A stretch of DNA of 63,730 nucleotides, filler included, from Rhabdomonas costata (Eukaryota), in assembly GCA_019059605.1 (NCBI GenBank). It is 42 parts of 42 records of this genome, joined end to end, with 100 filler letters (N's around TTAATTAATTAA, not from the genome) between each part and the next. Parts side by side here need not be neighbours in the genome. Positions count along the whole stretch, not along the records: positions 25,845 to 27,263 come from JAHMHO010016463.1; positions 27,364 to 28,783 come from JAHMHO010016464.1; positions 28,884 to 30,303 come from JAHMHO010016465.1; positions 30,404 to 31,823 come from JAHMHO010016466.1; positions 31,924 to 33,343 come from JAHMHO010016467.1; positions 33,444 to 34,863 come from JAHMHO010016468.1; positions 34,964 to 36,382 come from JAHMHO010016469.1; positions 36,483 to 37,902 come from JAHMHO010016470.1; 34 more parts are not named here. One strand, written 5' to 3'. The notes below the pieces were generated by a model. It saw nothing but the letters and a program-made list of their open reading frames with translations, was not told the origin of the DNA and did not search any database. Position 1 is the first letter of the stretch; the number at the start of each line of letters is the position of its first letter. Both the position numbers and the translations under genes were made by a program. This document shows, piece by piece, positions 26,864-38,866 of the stretch.

Positions 26864-27708
26864 CTACAGTTTATTCAGGGGTGCGCGGTAGGGGGTGCAA
26901 ACAACTGTTGGGCTCTCTTAAGTGAATTGACTTATATAACATACCAACCGTCCAATGACAGACTTATCATTTCAAAAGGTGGTCCTTCGAAGGTGGTTCT
27001 CAAAGGATAAGCAACGTCAGAATATCTATCAAGGTAATCGCTGGTGTCTGGTTCGGGGTCCGTTGCGCTCAAGGCTGAGTAAGGAAGGATATAAATACAC
27101 TTTTGGATATCTGAATTAACGGTCAGCAGATTTCGTCCTGGCGACAGGGGACAGGCCGTTCCAAATGCTCCCGAGAAGTCACAGCCATCGGCCATAGGAT
27201 GCCAAAGACTACATTTGTGACCAAATTACTGCTCTGCTGCGGGGAGACTGAGAACCACCACCCNNNNNNNNNNNNNNNNNNNNNNNNNNNNNNNNNNNNN
27301 NNNNNNNTTAATTAATTAANNNNNNNNNNNNNNNNNNNNNNNNNNNNNNNNNNNNNNNNNNNNTGGGTGAAAAGCTCCACATCCTCCGAGGTCTGCCGGA
27401 TTCCTGCCGAATAAAAAATCCTCTTCTGGTTCTGCTTTTATGTTTGTATCCAGGTCTGCTCACGGATCACCCGTTTGCACCTTTACCACTGACGAGAAAA
27501 ACCCAATTCCAGCGACAGCTGGCCCAGACGTGGACTTGCTGTGTGCACACGTGAACGTTCCGACATGCTACTTGCCTGCATCTGCGACTTCCGATTTTGG
27601 CTTGTTTGGGGGGGCAGCAGCATGGACATTGGCTCACCTCTTTTTGGGATCATCGCTGGATTAGTTTCTTTGTCCAGATATGACTCTGCTCTCTACCATG
27701 GGTGCTGA

Positions 27709-27882
27709 TTTCAATCCAATCTTGCATTCATCCCTGTTGCCACTTATGATTTTAAGATCGCTCGGCTCTTTGACGCTAAGGAATGTTCACATTGTTTTAC
27801 CAAGTCTGAAGGCGTAGCAGGAAAAGCACGTATAGTTACAAGTCATAATGTGGAACAATGTAAACTTTTTAACAAAAAGTAA
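27709..27882 (+). pseudogene. 3' fragment of a CCHC (Nanos-like) zinc-finger gene, virus-like
   Basis: Open frame ...LFDAKECSHCFTKSEGVAGKARIVTSHNVEQCKLFNKK*, intronless, ending at an AT-rich spacer; no start codon upstream in frame. Confidence 0.55.
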
Positions 27883-28005
27883 ATTAATTTTACTTAAATA
27901 CAACAACAATAAAAATAGTAAATTTATTATTTGTGTTTAATATAAAAAAATAATGTCTATTGTTATTTGTATTTAATATAATAAAAAAATATTTCTATTG
28001 GTATT

Positions 28006-28021
28006 TAAATTGAAAAATTGA
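28006..28021 (+). promoter_or_regulatory. Mimiviridae-type early promoter motif AAAATTGA (28014-28021), with near-copy TAAATTGA (28006-28013)
   Basis: Exact octamer at the 3' end of a ~150-nt almost pure A/T intergenic tract, followed by CATATAAAAA ~20 nt downstream and then a coding-like region. Confidence 0.55.
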
Positions 28022-28089
28022 ATTGGGTTTTGTTGTAGAATGCATATAAAAAGTAAAGGATTACATTTCCTTCGGAAATAATCAGTCTT

Positions 28090-28783
28090 ATTCTGCCTTT
28101 CCGTCGCTTCTGATTCCAAACTCGCCAGTTTCCTCGCTACTGCTGCTTTCAACCCACCACTGCCGAGCCCGCTCCCAAATCCGCTCCAAAGTCCGCTCCC
28201 GAGCCTTCTCCCAAGCTCTCCCAAGAAGGACAAGTCCGCTGAACCTGCTGAGCCCGAGGCCTCGACTGAACATACAGTAACAAACAACCAGTTTGGTGGC
28301 AAAAAGTCTCCAGCTCCAGACTCAGTCCCAGCCCAAACTCGTTCCCAAGCTCCTGCCCCAGCCCCTGAAGATACGTATACATGCTCCTGGAAGAAGGCAT
28401 GCAAAGATTCTTAGGGCAGGGAGTGCCTAATTTGTGCAAGTCAACGCAAGAAGACCTAGAAGCAAAGGGATTTATAATCCCTGCAAATCTCATGTCCTTA
28501 CCGATTGAAAAAGGCTGTTACCGTTGTCTATTTATGCTCTATGCGGCAGGTGTGTCATTAAATGACGAAAGCACTCGTAAGATGATTCGAAGCCATACCG
28601 TATACGGCGTCGTTGATAATGAAGGTAACCAAGTGAAGAAACCCTGTGGCTTTCTCCACAACGGAGAGCATTGCAAACATTGTGCAACACAGTTTCCACA
28701 TGAGCCTCAAAGATACTGTAACCATCCTTCTGAAACGTGCACACACAAAGGCATACACAAAAGTACACACAAAGACTCACATT
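28090..28783 (+). pseudogene. Frameshifted gene: Pro/Ala/Lys-rich N-terminus + tandem CCHC Nanos-like zinc fingers, virus-like
   Basis: AEPAPKSAPKSAPEPSPK, then SPKKDKSAEP..APAPAPEDTY, then MLLEEG..CYRC-x22-H-x16-C-x8-CKHC-x5-H-x5-C. At least two frame changes; no introns. Confidence 0.6.
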
Positions 28784-28956
28784 NNNNNNNNNNNNNNNNN
28801 NNNNNNNNNNNNNNNNNNNNNNNNNNNTTAATTAATTAANNNNNNNNNNNNNNNNNNNNNNNNNNNNNNNNNNNNNNNNNNNNGTTGTGGGGGGGCGCTG
28901 GCCGTCTTTTTGGTTGGCTTCTATTAGGCGATGCTTGTGGGGCCTGAGCGTACCAG

Positions 28957-29458
28957 AATGCGAGTTGTCTGAGCCTTTGAGAGCGGGAGGATGGTGGAGG
29001 TGGTGGCCTCTAAACGAGGGAGGGACTCGTCTCTTTTCATCCATTGAGGCTCGCGCCGCGGTTGCTGCTGGTTACGACAGACGTCGGTGAATTGAACGGA
29101 AGGGGGTTTTGTCGTCGCACTTCTCCCTTCGCCTATACCTGTGCAGGAACTCTTCCTTCTTCTGTGGTGGGGAGCGGAGCGGTGTCCACTCGTGAAGCAC
29201 TTGTTTAGCAAACGAGAGTTTGCTCCGAAATGCGAGCCTACCCTCTTTTGTGTTTTTGCTGCATGTTCTTGTCGCGGGTTTCGAGTGGGTCTGTGCTTGT
29301 GCTTGTCTGCCCACTGCGCCATGTAACTGCACAGTGCGCCTGTGGTACGAATGACGAAGGAAAGTTGTCGAGTTTTCCTGGTGGGCAGCCAGAGTCCACC
29401 GATCCACCACGTAAACATCCCCAGCGTGGCGACGCGAATGGACCGTGTGAACGGCTGA
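28957..29458 (+). CDS. Last two exons (28957-29086, 29335-29458), unknown protein
   Basis: In-phase GTGAAT...CAG intron; ...WWRWWPLNEGGTRLF..AGYDRRR joined to APVVRMTKES..MDRVNG*. Confidence 0.4.
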
Positions 29459-30408
29459 TTCCATCTCTCCACTCTCAAACTCAGGGGGCAGAAAGCATCG
29501 TCCCGAAGGCCCGTTTTGCTTCAAGGGGAATGCATTGCCGTGTTCGAATGCAAAAATGAAAAGCACATGAAGAACAAGAAGGTTAGGAAGCGACGAAGTG
29601 CGGAATTGCGGACCACAAACAACCAACAATAGAGCGGGTCGCTGGGCGTGGGGATTGGTAAGGCTTGGGGCAAACAACAAAACAGGAAAAACGCAATCAC
29701 GGGAGGAGCTTGCTTCTGAAGCTTGCTTGCTGTACAGGAATAAGGAATTCTAACATCTCTTTTAAGTTTGTAGTATCACTCATGAAAGAATGACAAAGAA
29801 ATTCACGCAACCGACTATCGTCAGTCTTTGAAAAGATTACGAACCGCATTTGCACGCTTTAAAACCCAGACGAGAATGCTGTCCCTCAGACTCTCAGAGG
29901 TCTCATATGGTCTGCGAGTTTTCTTTGCTCTTTATTCTCTTTTCCTTTTTTCTCCCTTCTGCACACAGACTTCACCTCTCCTCCTTTCCTCTGCTGCGTG
30001 GATATTACATCGGTAGGCATGGGTTTGTACCGCCGCTCAACCACGCGGGAAGTTTAGTTCCCATAAGGGATCTCGGTATGCCTCAACTGGGCTGGGCCAG
30101 CGGGATCCTTGCTATGGGGTGCGTATGAGGGCTTCTTTCCACAACAGGCATGAGAATACCGCCTGGAGTCGCTGGGCTTGTGTTGCTGCGCTTCGCTGTT
30201 ACTGAAGGTACTGAAGTTGCCATTGTTGAGGTGGTCAAGAGTGGTGCTGTGCGACTCGGCCGCTTGCTGGATTTGTTCGATGGGGTCGGCGTCCACCACC
30301 AACNNNNNNNNNNNNNNNNNNNNNNNNNNNNNNNNNNNNNNNNNNNNTTAATTAATTAANNNNNNNNNNNNNNNNNNNNNNNNNNNNNNNNNNNNNNNNN
30401 NNNTTTTT

Positions 30409-30543
30409 TGGGATTTTCGGTTTTTTCCCTTTCCGTTCACCCCAAACCTTTCTTCCCCAATCCCAGAGGAAGCTCCGGTAATCCACACAACCTGGGGGAG
30501 AAAGGTTTGGGGTGAACGGAAAGGGAAAAAACCGAAAATCCCA
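30409..30543. repeat. 45-bp inverted repeat at contig start (probable fold-back)
   Basis: 30409-30453 is the reverse complement of 30499-30543. Confidence 0.88.
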
Positions 30544-31220
30544 GAAAGCTCTGAAACATTTTTTTCTTCAAATTTTCATTGCACCTTTCCATTGAAAGCA
30601 CCTCGGGGGATGGAATCGTTCCAAAGTGTTCGAAGGTCCGCATCCAACCGAAGAAGTCTCAGGAATTTCACAGCCATGAGACAAGCTGCGCCCAGGCAAG
30701 TGCCTGCTAAAACAACGGACACCACAGAATTCGTCATGAAGCGACAGGAAAAGAGTGACCTGCCAAGAACAGGGGTGACAACCAAGGGACTGTCCTTTAT
30801 AGTTCTTTACAGTTCTTTACAGTTCTTTCTCTTATCGCTGTTCTGGGAATTCTACCAGCCTGTTTTATCGCTTTCCCAGGTGGTCTCAGTTTCAGGTCTC
30901 TCTCGACCTGAACCCGTTATATTCTCCCCACTGACCACTGCTTTGCTGAATCCATTTCCCCGGTCGCCTTTGTCGAATTTCCACCTTTGTACGGCTCACT
31001 GCATTTCGTGTCTAGTTTCAAAATGTAGAGACAGAACACAACCACTTCCAGCTCTTTTCGAACCTGCTGCCTCACGTTTGTTTTGCACATGTGTGCATGC
31101 TTTTTGTTGGAGGCAAAGTTTCTGCTTTTGCTGTCACCGCAATTCAGGCCGACGCCTTTGGAACGCACGCTCGCTCCCATAAGCTGCTTCGGGTCGTGGT
31201 GGACAAGATCATAGCATAGG

Positions 31221-31823
31221 ATAACCTACGCTGAGGTTAAAGAATTCATACAAAAACAGGAACCAAGCCAAATTTTTTAAAAGAAAAAGAATGTACGCCA
31301 CTTTTTCCCAATTACTGCGCGCTTTAAGTTCGAGATTTTACAAATTAATTTAGCTGGTGTTTCTATTTGGACCCAAACAAATTTAATCGTTGCAGTTGTA
31401 TGACGTATCTTCACGCTTTGCCTTCGTTGTACCAGTCAAGGAGAAAACAGGCAAAACCGTCACGGATGCACTCGAAGAAATCATCAAGGAAACATCACCG
31501 CTAGTCGTGAATACTGATCTAGGTAGTGAATTCATCAGTGCTCCATTCGTCCGACGCCTTACACAGCAAGGAACCGATACAAATTACGTTAAGGTTGGAG
31601 AACATAATGAACTAGCAATCGTAGTTCGATTTGTGCGAACCCTACGAATGAAAATTCAAATGAATATGATGCAGTACCACACAGCAAATTATATAAATGT
31701 TTAAATGACCTCGTATACAACTATAATAACGGTTACCATACAGGAATAAAAGGAATTCCAGAAGAAGTAAACGAAATTGACTCACACATTCAAAAATTAA
31801 ACAATGACAAAAACACAAAACCC
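31221..31823 (+). mobile_element. Polinton/Maverick- or virophage-type rve integrase, degenerate
   Basis: ITYAEVKEFIQKQE..FPIT..EILQINLA..DVSSRFAFVVPVKEKT..VNTDLGSEF..AIVVRFVRTLR..YINV/LNDLVYNYNNGYHTGIKGIPEEV. AT-rich; one stop and two frameshifts. Confidence 0.85.
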
Positions 31824-32668
31824 NNNNNNNNNNNNNNNNNNNNNNNNNNNNNNNNNNNNNNNNNNNNTTAATTAATTAANNNNNNNNNNNNNNNNNNNNN
31901 NNNNNNNNNNNNNNNNNNNNNNNGGGGATGGTTGTGTTGATTGTGTTCGGGATCATTGCTACTGTGGTCCTCGGCCGTCGCGTCTTGCTTCTTCTTCTGG
32001 ACATCCTTCTCTTTGTTCTGCCCATTTAGGCAGTCAGCCAACGTTAGCTCGATGGATCTCTTGCCAAATGGGCAATTGATGCTTAAGCGGATCGTGCGTT
32101 GTGATTTATTTTGTGTGCTGTGCATAGAGTCGGTAACTGGGACCCTGCATTTTCCACTAGAACGTCCGCACTTGTTGTTTGTGGGAGCGAGCTTTTGGGG
32201 ATTTATTCTGCATCTGCAAGGCTGGGGGATGTTTTTTGGTCGAGATGTGGCAGGAGCATGACGAAACCAGCAAAGTGGGTACAGGAATCCTGTGGAGTCA
32301 TTCTAAAACAACTGGTAAGTGTAATTGTACGAGTAATTGTCAAGTTACTGGTCACTAAGCTGCGACGCCATATCACAGGCAGTTGGTGGGAGCTGAGCTG
32401 ACCGATTGTACTAATCTTTGCAGTGTTCTGTGTTGCATCCGGTCCAGGAAAGTTGCACATGTTTCACTGTTGTACCGCAGTGATTTCATTCATGGCGTCC
32501 TTCCTTCAGTCTCCAAAGTTGGCCGCAGCGCAACTGAGTCACCTGAATGTTTAAAGTGGGGTGGGCTGCTCCTGCTTGCTGTCCTATAGGTGTCTCTTCC
32601 TCAGGTGTTTTTTGTCGAGCTATTTTACCTGTCAGTTTTGGTGGTTCCATTTCGTTTTTGTGATTGTG

Positions 32669-32966
32669 ATGGCAAGCACGCCACCTCCCAAGGGTTCGCT
32701 CCGGGAGAAATACTTTCGCAGGCTCCAGGCCGAGCGTGAGGGAATGAGCCACAGCACCTCGTATGTGTTGCATTCGCTCTCTCTCTCTCTCTCTCTCTCT
32801 CGAGCTCTCTCTCTCCCTCCCCTTCTGACTCTCTATCTCTTCTTTTTTTTCTCTGTCCTTCCGAACGGGTGTGGTGGTTCCGGGGGTGCTCCCTAGGGGG
32901 TCCGGCATCGACCACGATCTGGAGCTGCTCCGCAACCGAGTGTACGGCTCTGCTCTTTACCAGGAG
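32669..32966 (+). CDS. First two exons (32669-32760, 32897-32966), unknown protein
   Basis: ATG after a T-rich leader. GTATGT...TAG intron containing (CT)n. Spliced: MASTPPPKGSLREKYFRRLQAEREGMSHSTSGSGIDHDLELLRNRVYGSALYQE. Confidence 0.65.
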
Positions 32967-35900
32967 GTATCCGCCCCCCCCCTCCCAACTGGTTAAGACA
33001 CACTTTGCCAATCGGATGACCAAGTGCAGCACAGAAAGTTAAAATCTGCTGTTACTTCCACACACAGACCTCCGGGAATTCCTGAGCGAATCGTCCTTGC
33101 TTTCACAGATGCACCTGAACTATGCAGGGTCCACAAGCAAGAAGCCCTGAAGCCCTGAAAAGGATTTGACAATGTCATTTGCTTACCAGGTCAGGGTAAC
33201 ACTCTTTTTTCTTGCATTCCCCCCTGTGTGGAACAGAACCTCCGGCGAAAACAGAACCAGCCCCCGCCCCAGCCGTTCAAAGAAGTTGTGCACCAGACCA
33301 CTTTTGCCAAGCGGGTCACCGAGCCCCGGGGCACGATTCTGAGNNNNNNNNNNNNNNNNNNNNNNNNNNNNNNNNNNNNNNNNNNNNTTAATTAATTAAN
33401 NNNNNNNNNNNNNNNNNNNNNNNNNNNNNNNNNNNNNNNNNNNGTTCCGGATGGGTGTGGGGACTCTTGGAGTGCGGTAGCGAGCGATCCAGGACCTATG
33501 GTGTTTCTTTTCTTCTGGCGTCCCCATCTCCGAATTGCAGTTACGAAGTATAACTCATGATCACTAGCACTCCCCCTAACTATCTTTTTCGCACCTGTCG
33601 GTCGGGCACCTTGCTGCGGAAAATGCGGGGTTGGCTCTCTTTTGCTCTTTGGGGTACGCGAGAAGCTTTTAGTCCACCCTACCCCACCCCGGTGCGATGC
33701 ATCTATCAATAGGATAGTTGCGGGCAGCTGTGGATCCTCGCAGCCCTTCCTGCGAGGTCCTGGGCCGCCGCCCATCTCCCTGCATCGTGGCACCCCTATG
33801 GATCTGAAGTTCGTCCCAGGTGACCTGCGTCTGGGTAACGTGTTGGGGGTGTTGGATGATCGAAACGGATATGCTTCATGCCTCGGGCAGGATTCAACTT
33901 TGCGATTCGACTCCATTGAAAAACCTTCTTGGTACCATGTCCTGGGCAGGGGAGCAGGGAGCAGCGAAGAAGCAAGGGAATTGCTTCATGATGCAATGCC
34001 TGCTCTTGTCTCCACGTTTGCTTCGAATTACACGCACACATCCCTGTGCCGTCGAGTCTAAAATCCCTGTCGTTCTGAGAAGGTTCAGCGGTCCCCGTTC
34101 CGTTGCATCCGAAAAGCAGAACACTGTGGAAGTGATTGGCCTGGGGTGCAGGGACCAGCGCACCTGTGCTTCGGCTTAAGTTCCACTGTTTGTGAGTCCC
34201 CATCCCCCCCCCCCCGAAAAAAAGTGTTGCCCGTCTGTTCCCTCTCCCTTGCTAGGGCTTCTCAGCTGCCTTGTGCGATGGCGGATACCGTGCGAGGCCC
34301 CCACCATGGTGGACGCGACCGCACTGCTGGAGGACTGCTTGCGGGGTTGCGCACGAGCATTGGCGGCGATTCCCTCAGGTCGGGGGACCAGACCGATCCC
34401 AGAGAAATCTGCCAAGTGCTGGGGGCAGAAAATTGCCTTAGGTCGTGTTAGACGAATGTATGTGATTATGTAAATCAACGGGGTGTGAACCGCCTTTATT
34501 ACGCACTCCCGTGCTGAGATGCCGTGGGTGCGCGAGGATGTCTCTGCTTCACGATATCCACATCATAGCGGTAAGAACGTCTTTCTGTGCGTTTCGGTGT
34601 GGTTGTGAGCCCCGATTTTGCGGAACTCATGTGTCACGGGGACCCGGGAGTTGTGTAGGGATATTTACATTAAAAAGGGGCTCGTTGTTGACTTTACTTT
34701 TTTTCACCAACAATACCAGGTGCGCCGTTGAGGTCAAAGGAGGCGAAATGTGAAATGAAATGAAGACTCAACGTGTGCGTAAAAACGCTTCCCCACGACT
34801 CAGCAAAGCCAAGTCGTTATAATCGGATTCCGAGGAGGAAAACTCCACACAAACTTGTGCCATNNNNNNNNNNNNNNNNNNNNNNNNNNNNNNNNNNNNN
34901 NNNNNNNTTAATTAATTAANNNNNNNNNNNNNNNNNNNNNNNNNNNNNNNNNNNNNNNNNNNNGTGAGATCAGCCACCCCCATGCCTACGTGCTTGGGCA
35001 CCAACCTCCACCGGATCCACGCCCGTGCTCACCAGAGAAGGCTGTGTCTTTTCAAGATCTGTCTATGATGTGGTCGGGAAGGTGAAGCGACTTTTCGAGG
35101 AAGGCCATTTTACGGGTTGGGCATCTCGGGTCAATACAGTTGTGCAGTTGTTGCCGTGATCAATTTTCCTCTCGGGACCCATGCAATCACTCGCTCAACT
35201 TTGCTTTCATGTTCTGGATGGATGATGCACACGCCCCTGCGAGGAAGTTTCATCGTACCCACTGCTCGGATGCGGTCTGAGTAGTTGGTGAAGCTGTGAT
35301 ATTTTCCAGTGTGATTTCTGCTCTCGTCGTGGAGCCCGCGAATGCTTGTGTTGTGGTCATACTTGAGCGCCTCTTTTTGCTGTGATAGATGCAGCGGTTT
35401 TCGTTAGAAAGGAGGGGAGACATCTGATCCCATAAGCCAGAAGTGAGAGGGGTTTTTGTGGATGCGAAAGTGATTTCTTTAGAAAGGAGGTTGCATGCTC
35501 ACACTGGCCACGGAAGGTCGGAAGTACAGAACTATTCGTGGATTCCGAAAACGATTTGCTTCGGCGATGTACCATACTCGCAAGTTGGTTTCAGTCCAGC
35601 ACGATTTTCTGAGCATTTGGCCAATCCGTTGGCTGAAGCACAAGGGCCCGGGTAAGACCACCACCATTGTCATTAACCTTGCAGTTTGTGGCAGTCCACC
35701 GAAACGTCTTCAACTCGCGCGGGGCCAAAAAAAAATTGGCCAAAATGACGTTCGTGGGATTGAGTGAGTCATTGAAGCTTTAATGTGTCTTGCGCAGAAG
35801 CTATTTCTGGGGAAATGCAGTGGTTAGCCACGAACTCACACCAAGAAACGACACCTACTGATGCCGAGTATATTCCTGTCCCCCTCATTTTTTCTCGTTT

Positions 35901-36896
35901 TCTCTGAAGCCCATCCCCAGCCATTGTTGAGGCAAGAGTCTTGAAGGCAGGCACATAAACCTAAGATGGCTGCGAGTTGTGTCTAATTTAATTTACAGGC
36001 ATTCTCCAAATTCGAAACAGAGACATAAAGATTTTGTCTTCACTGAGATAATTTTTCACATTGCCTGGCGACCGTTTCCTTGGGGCGGTAGAATGCTTGA
36101 ATGCTTGCACGGTTGAACTGCATGTTCCACAAATCCACAAATCCGAGTTTTGTAAGCCTACGATCACCATCACCACCTTCCACCTTCCACCTTCTTATTG
36201 AGGAAGTTTTTCTGGTATTCGCTCAGAAATATGTGGCTAAGGCCAGCCATGCGAACACGTGCGGATTTGTTGCTCTACTACCGCAGCGACGTACCTTTCG
36301 ACAAAAAAGAATGATGAAAAGCGTTCGTTGCTTCATCTGAAATCTCAAACATTCTAGCGGCAGACGTCATACAAACACCCACNNNNNNNNNNNNNNNNNN
36401 NNNNNNNNNNNNNNNNNNNNNNNNNNTTAATTAATTAANNNNNNNNNNNNNNNNNNNNNNNNNNNNNNNNNNNNNNNNNNNNGTGTGTGGTGCACTGTCT
36501 TTTCAAAAAAAAACTCTTCCACATCGAGTGATATCCCTGTCTTTCTGAAAAACAGTCTTGTAATACAATTTTTCCATCTTCTATGCAGTTGTCTTTGATG
36601 TTTTGTAACCAAATAACAGTTAGGATAAAATGCAGGGGATTGGATGGTTATGACTTTCCTTGTTTCAGTAGTTTTTTTAATTCACTCGAAAAACGCGCAG
36701 GCGAATGCTCATGGGCGCAAATAGGGTCGTGACCGTTATAGTTCAAGCAAGTATCTTCTTGAAGGGAGAGCGAAAGCAAGGCCGAAGCAGTGCTTTAATG
36801 CCCTTACGTGCCCGAAAAGAATACCATGACCCCAGGCTTTCTACTGTTCTCCGGCATTTCGTGCATTTTCTTCCTTCCCTGAATAATCCCTGAAAG

Positions 36897-37669
36897 GCGA
36901 GGACGTTACAGCGGATCGAGCATCTTCACGTCGTGCACCTGTATGACATCATCGACCTCCCTTCCGGGCAGCTGATTGTGATGGAGCGGTTGAGCGGATC
37001 TCTGGACGACGTCCTGATGAGGGCAGGGAAAATTGACATCGAAATGTGCCGAAATTACCTGCGGCAGGTGCTTGAGGGGCTGCAGTACCTCCATGAGAAA
37101 GGTACGCACACCCTACACACAACTCTGCCTCCCTCGTGTCATAAATGGAACGGCTTTTGCTTTGTGGGTAGTGAGCCTTGTCCAACTTTTGTTCTGCGCA
37201 GTGCACTTGGTGCACCGCGACCTCAAGCCGGCCAACGTCCTTCTGACCCATCATAACGTCGTGCGGATCGCCGACTTTGGTCTGTCCCTTCCCGTCGAGC
37301 CGACGGGCTCGGACTCCTCGGCTCAAGTCAAGCAGGGCACCCTGGCCTTCCTTCCCCCCGAGGCGGCCTCCGGTGCCCGAGCGGACGGGGGTTGGGATGT
37401 GTGGAGCCTGGGAATCACCGCGATTGTGCTGCTCACGGGGAAGTATCCTGTGCCCTACCAGAGCGCACAAGTTGCACAGAACGCGATGATGCTGTTCGCG
37501 TGCATCCACGACCTTTCCTCGGGGGTGCACAGCCCGGAATCTCTGCTTCCAAGCGCCGAGGGGTGCCCCTCGGTGGCGATGAGAGAGATGCTGCGGCTTT
37601 GCCTGAAAAAGGATCCCAAGGCGCGACCGTCATGCGCTGATCTGCTCCAGCACGCGTTCTTCAGTAAAG
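36897..37669 (+). CDS. Ser/Thr protein kinase (STE/MAP3K-like), exons 36897-37101 and 37202-37669
   Basis: LEGLQYLHEK/VHLVHRDLKPANVLL, IADFG, GTLAFLPPE, DVWSLG, RPSCADLLQHAF; 100-nt in-phase GT-AG intron. Confidence 0.95.
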
Positions 37670-37739
37670 GTCAATGGTTTCAATTTGCACTGACGCTTTG
37701 TCATGGTTTTGTCATTGAATGAGCCTTGCCATCGTTTTA

Positions 37740-37895
37740 GGGTTACTCTGCCACTTTTTCTCTCGGTTGTATACACTTGCACTTGTGGTGTTCAGACTAT
37801 CCGCCAGCAAGGGTCTGCAAGCTTTGCGAAATGCTGCGGTCCCTGAACACCACAAGTGCAAGTGTATACCGAGAGAAAAAGTGGCAGAGTAACCC
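37740..37895. repeat. ~53-56-bp inverted repeat at contig end (probable fold-back)
   Basis: 37740-37795 versus 37843-37895, with one 3-nt indel. Confidence 0.88.
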
Positions 37896-38733
37896 CAAAA
37901 CCNNNNNNNNNNNNNNNNNNNNNNNNNNNNNNNNNNNNNNNNNNNNTTAATTAATTAANNNNNNNNNNNNNNNNNNNNNNNNNNNNNNNNNNNNNNNNNN
38001 NNGGGTGGGTTTCCATTTTATGTCAGACCAGCGACGACATCATTGTTTCGCTCTTAAAAAACCCGCACAGGATGCTTCCGGTGCGCAGAGCGGAGCACTC
38101 CGTCCACGTCCTGTGGGGCGTGCGCCTGCATCTGCGGTTGTACTGTGCAATGCAGCTAAGTCTATATCGCTTATTTATACGTATTTAGCTACGTAAGTAC
38201 ATATCGCTTCGGCGGATGCGGCTGCTTAATCGTAAAATAAACGGAAGCGGAGATCTCTTGGCGCCCTCAATTCGCTTTCACACGAGTAGTCACTGGGTGC
38301 CAGCTTGTCAGCAGTGCCGCGCACAGCTTCCTGTGGAGTGGCATCCTAACTGAGCTTGCGCAGTGGTTTGGAGCGTGCCACCGTTGGTAGCCTCGCATCT
38401 TTTCAGAGGCATACGTGGTTAGTCACCGATGCATTGTCGCTCAAAGCGTTTGGTACCGGTGGGGAACGTCGACGCCCAGCAACCCCCTGCCAACATCACG
38501 CACTTACCGTTCTTTCATGTGGAAACTTAGCTCCCCGGGCAGGAGTGCCGCTGCCCGATAGTTTCGTGACCCTCCTCTCATTGGCACAGCGTTACCACTG
38601 GCGTGTACCCACCTCAAGGGATTCCCGCAATCTCTTTCCCTCACCTGTCGCTTCCCGGGGGGGGAGAACCGCGTTCCGTGCCGTACCCTTACCTCATGTC
38701 AGCGTGTGATTAGCTTGCTTTGTGTGTGCACAG

Positions 38734-38866
38734 GCCTGGGCTCGCACTTCCCGACGTTCACTCTGATGGCAGATGATGACCGCCATCCCCCGCTGTACGC
38801 AAGGCTCCGCAAGAAGACTGTCCACCGGGAGTTCCTCATCTCTGTGGACCGGGAGCCCGTGCGCAG
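38734..38866 (+). CDS. Exon of a Tubby-domain-like protein
   Basis: GLGSHFPTFTL..LYARLRKKTVHREFLISVDREPVRR resembles Tubby G..[26 protein letters not shown]. CAG and GT boundaries. Confidence 0.55.
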
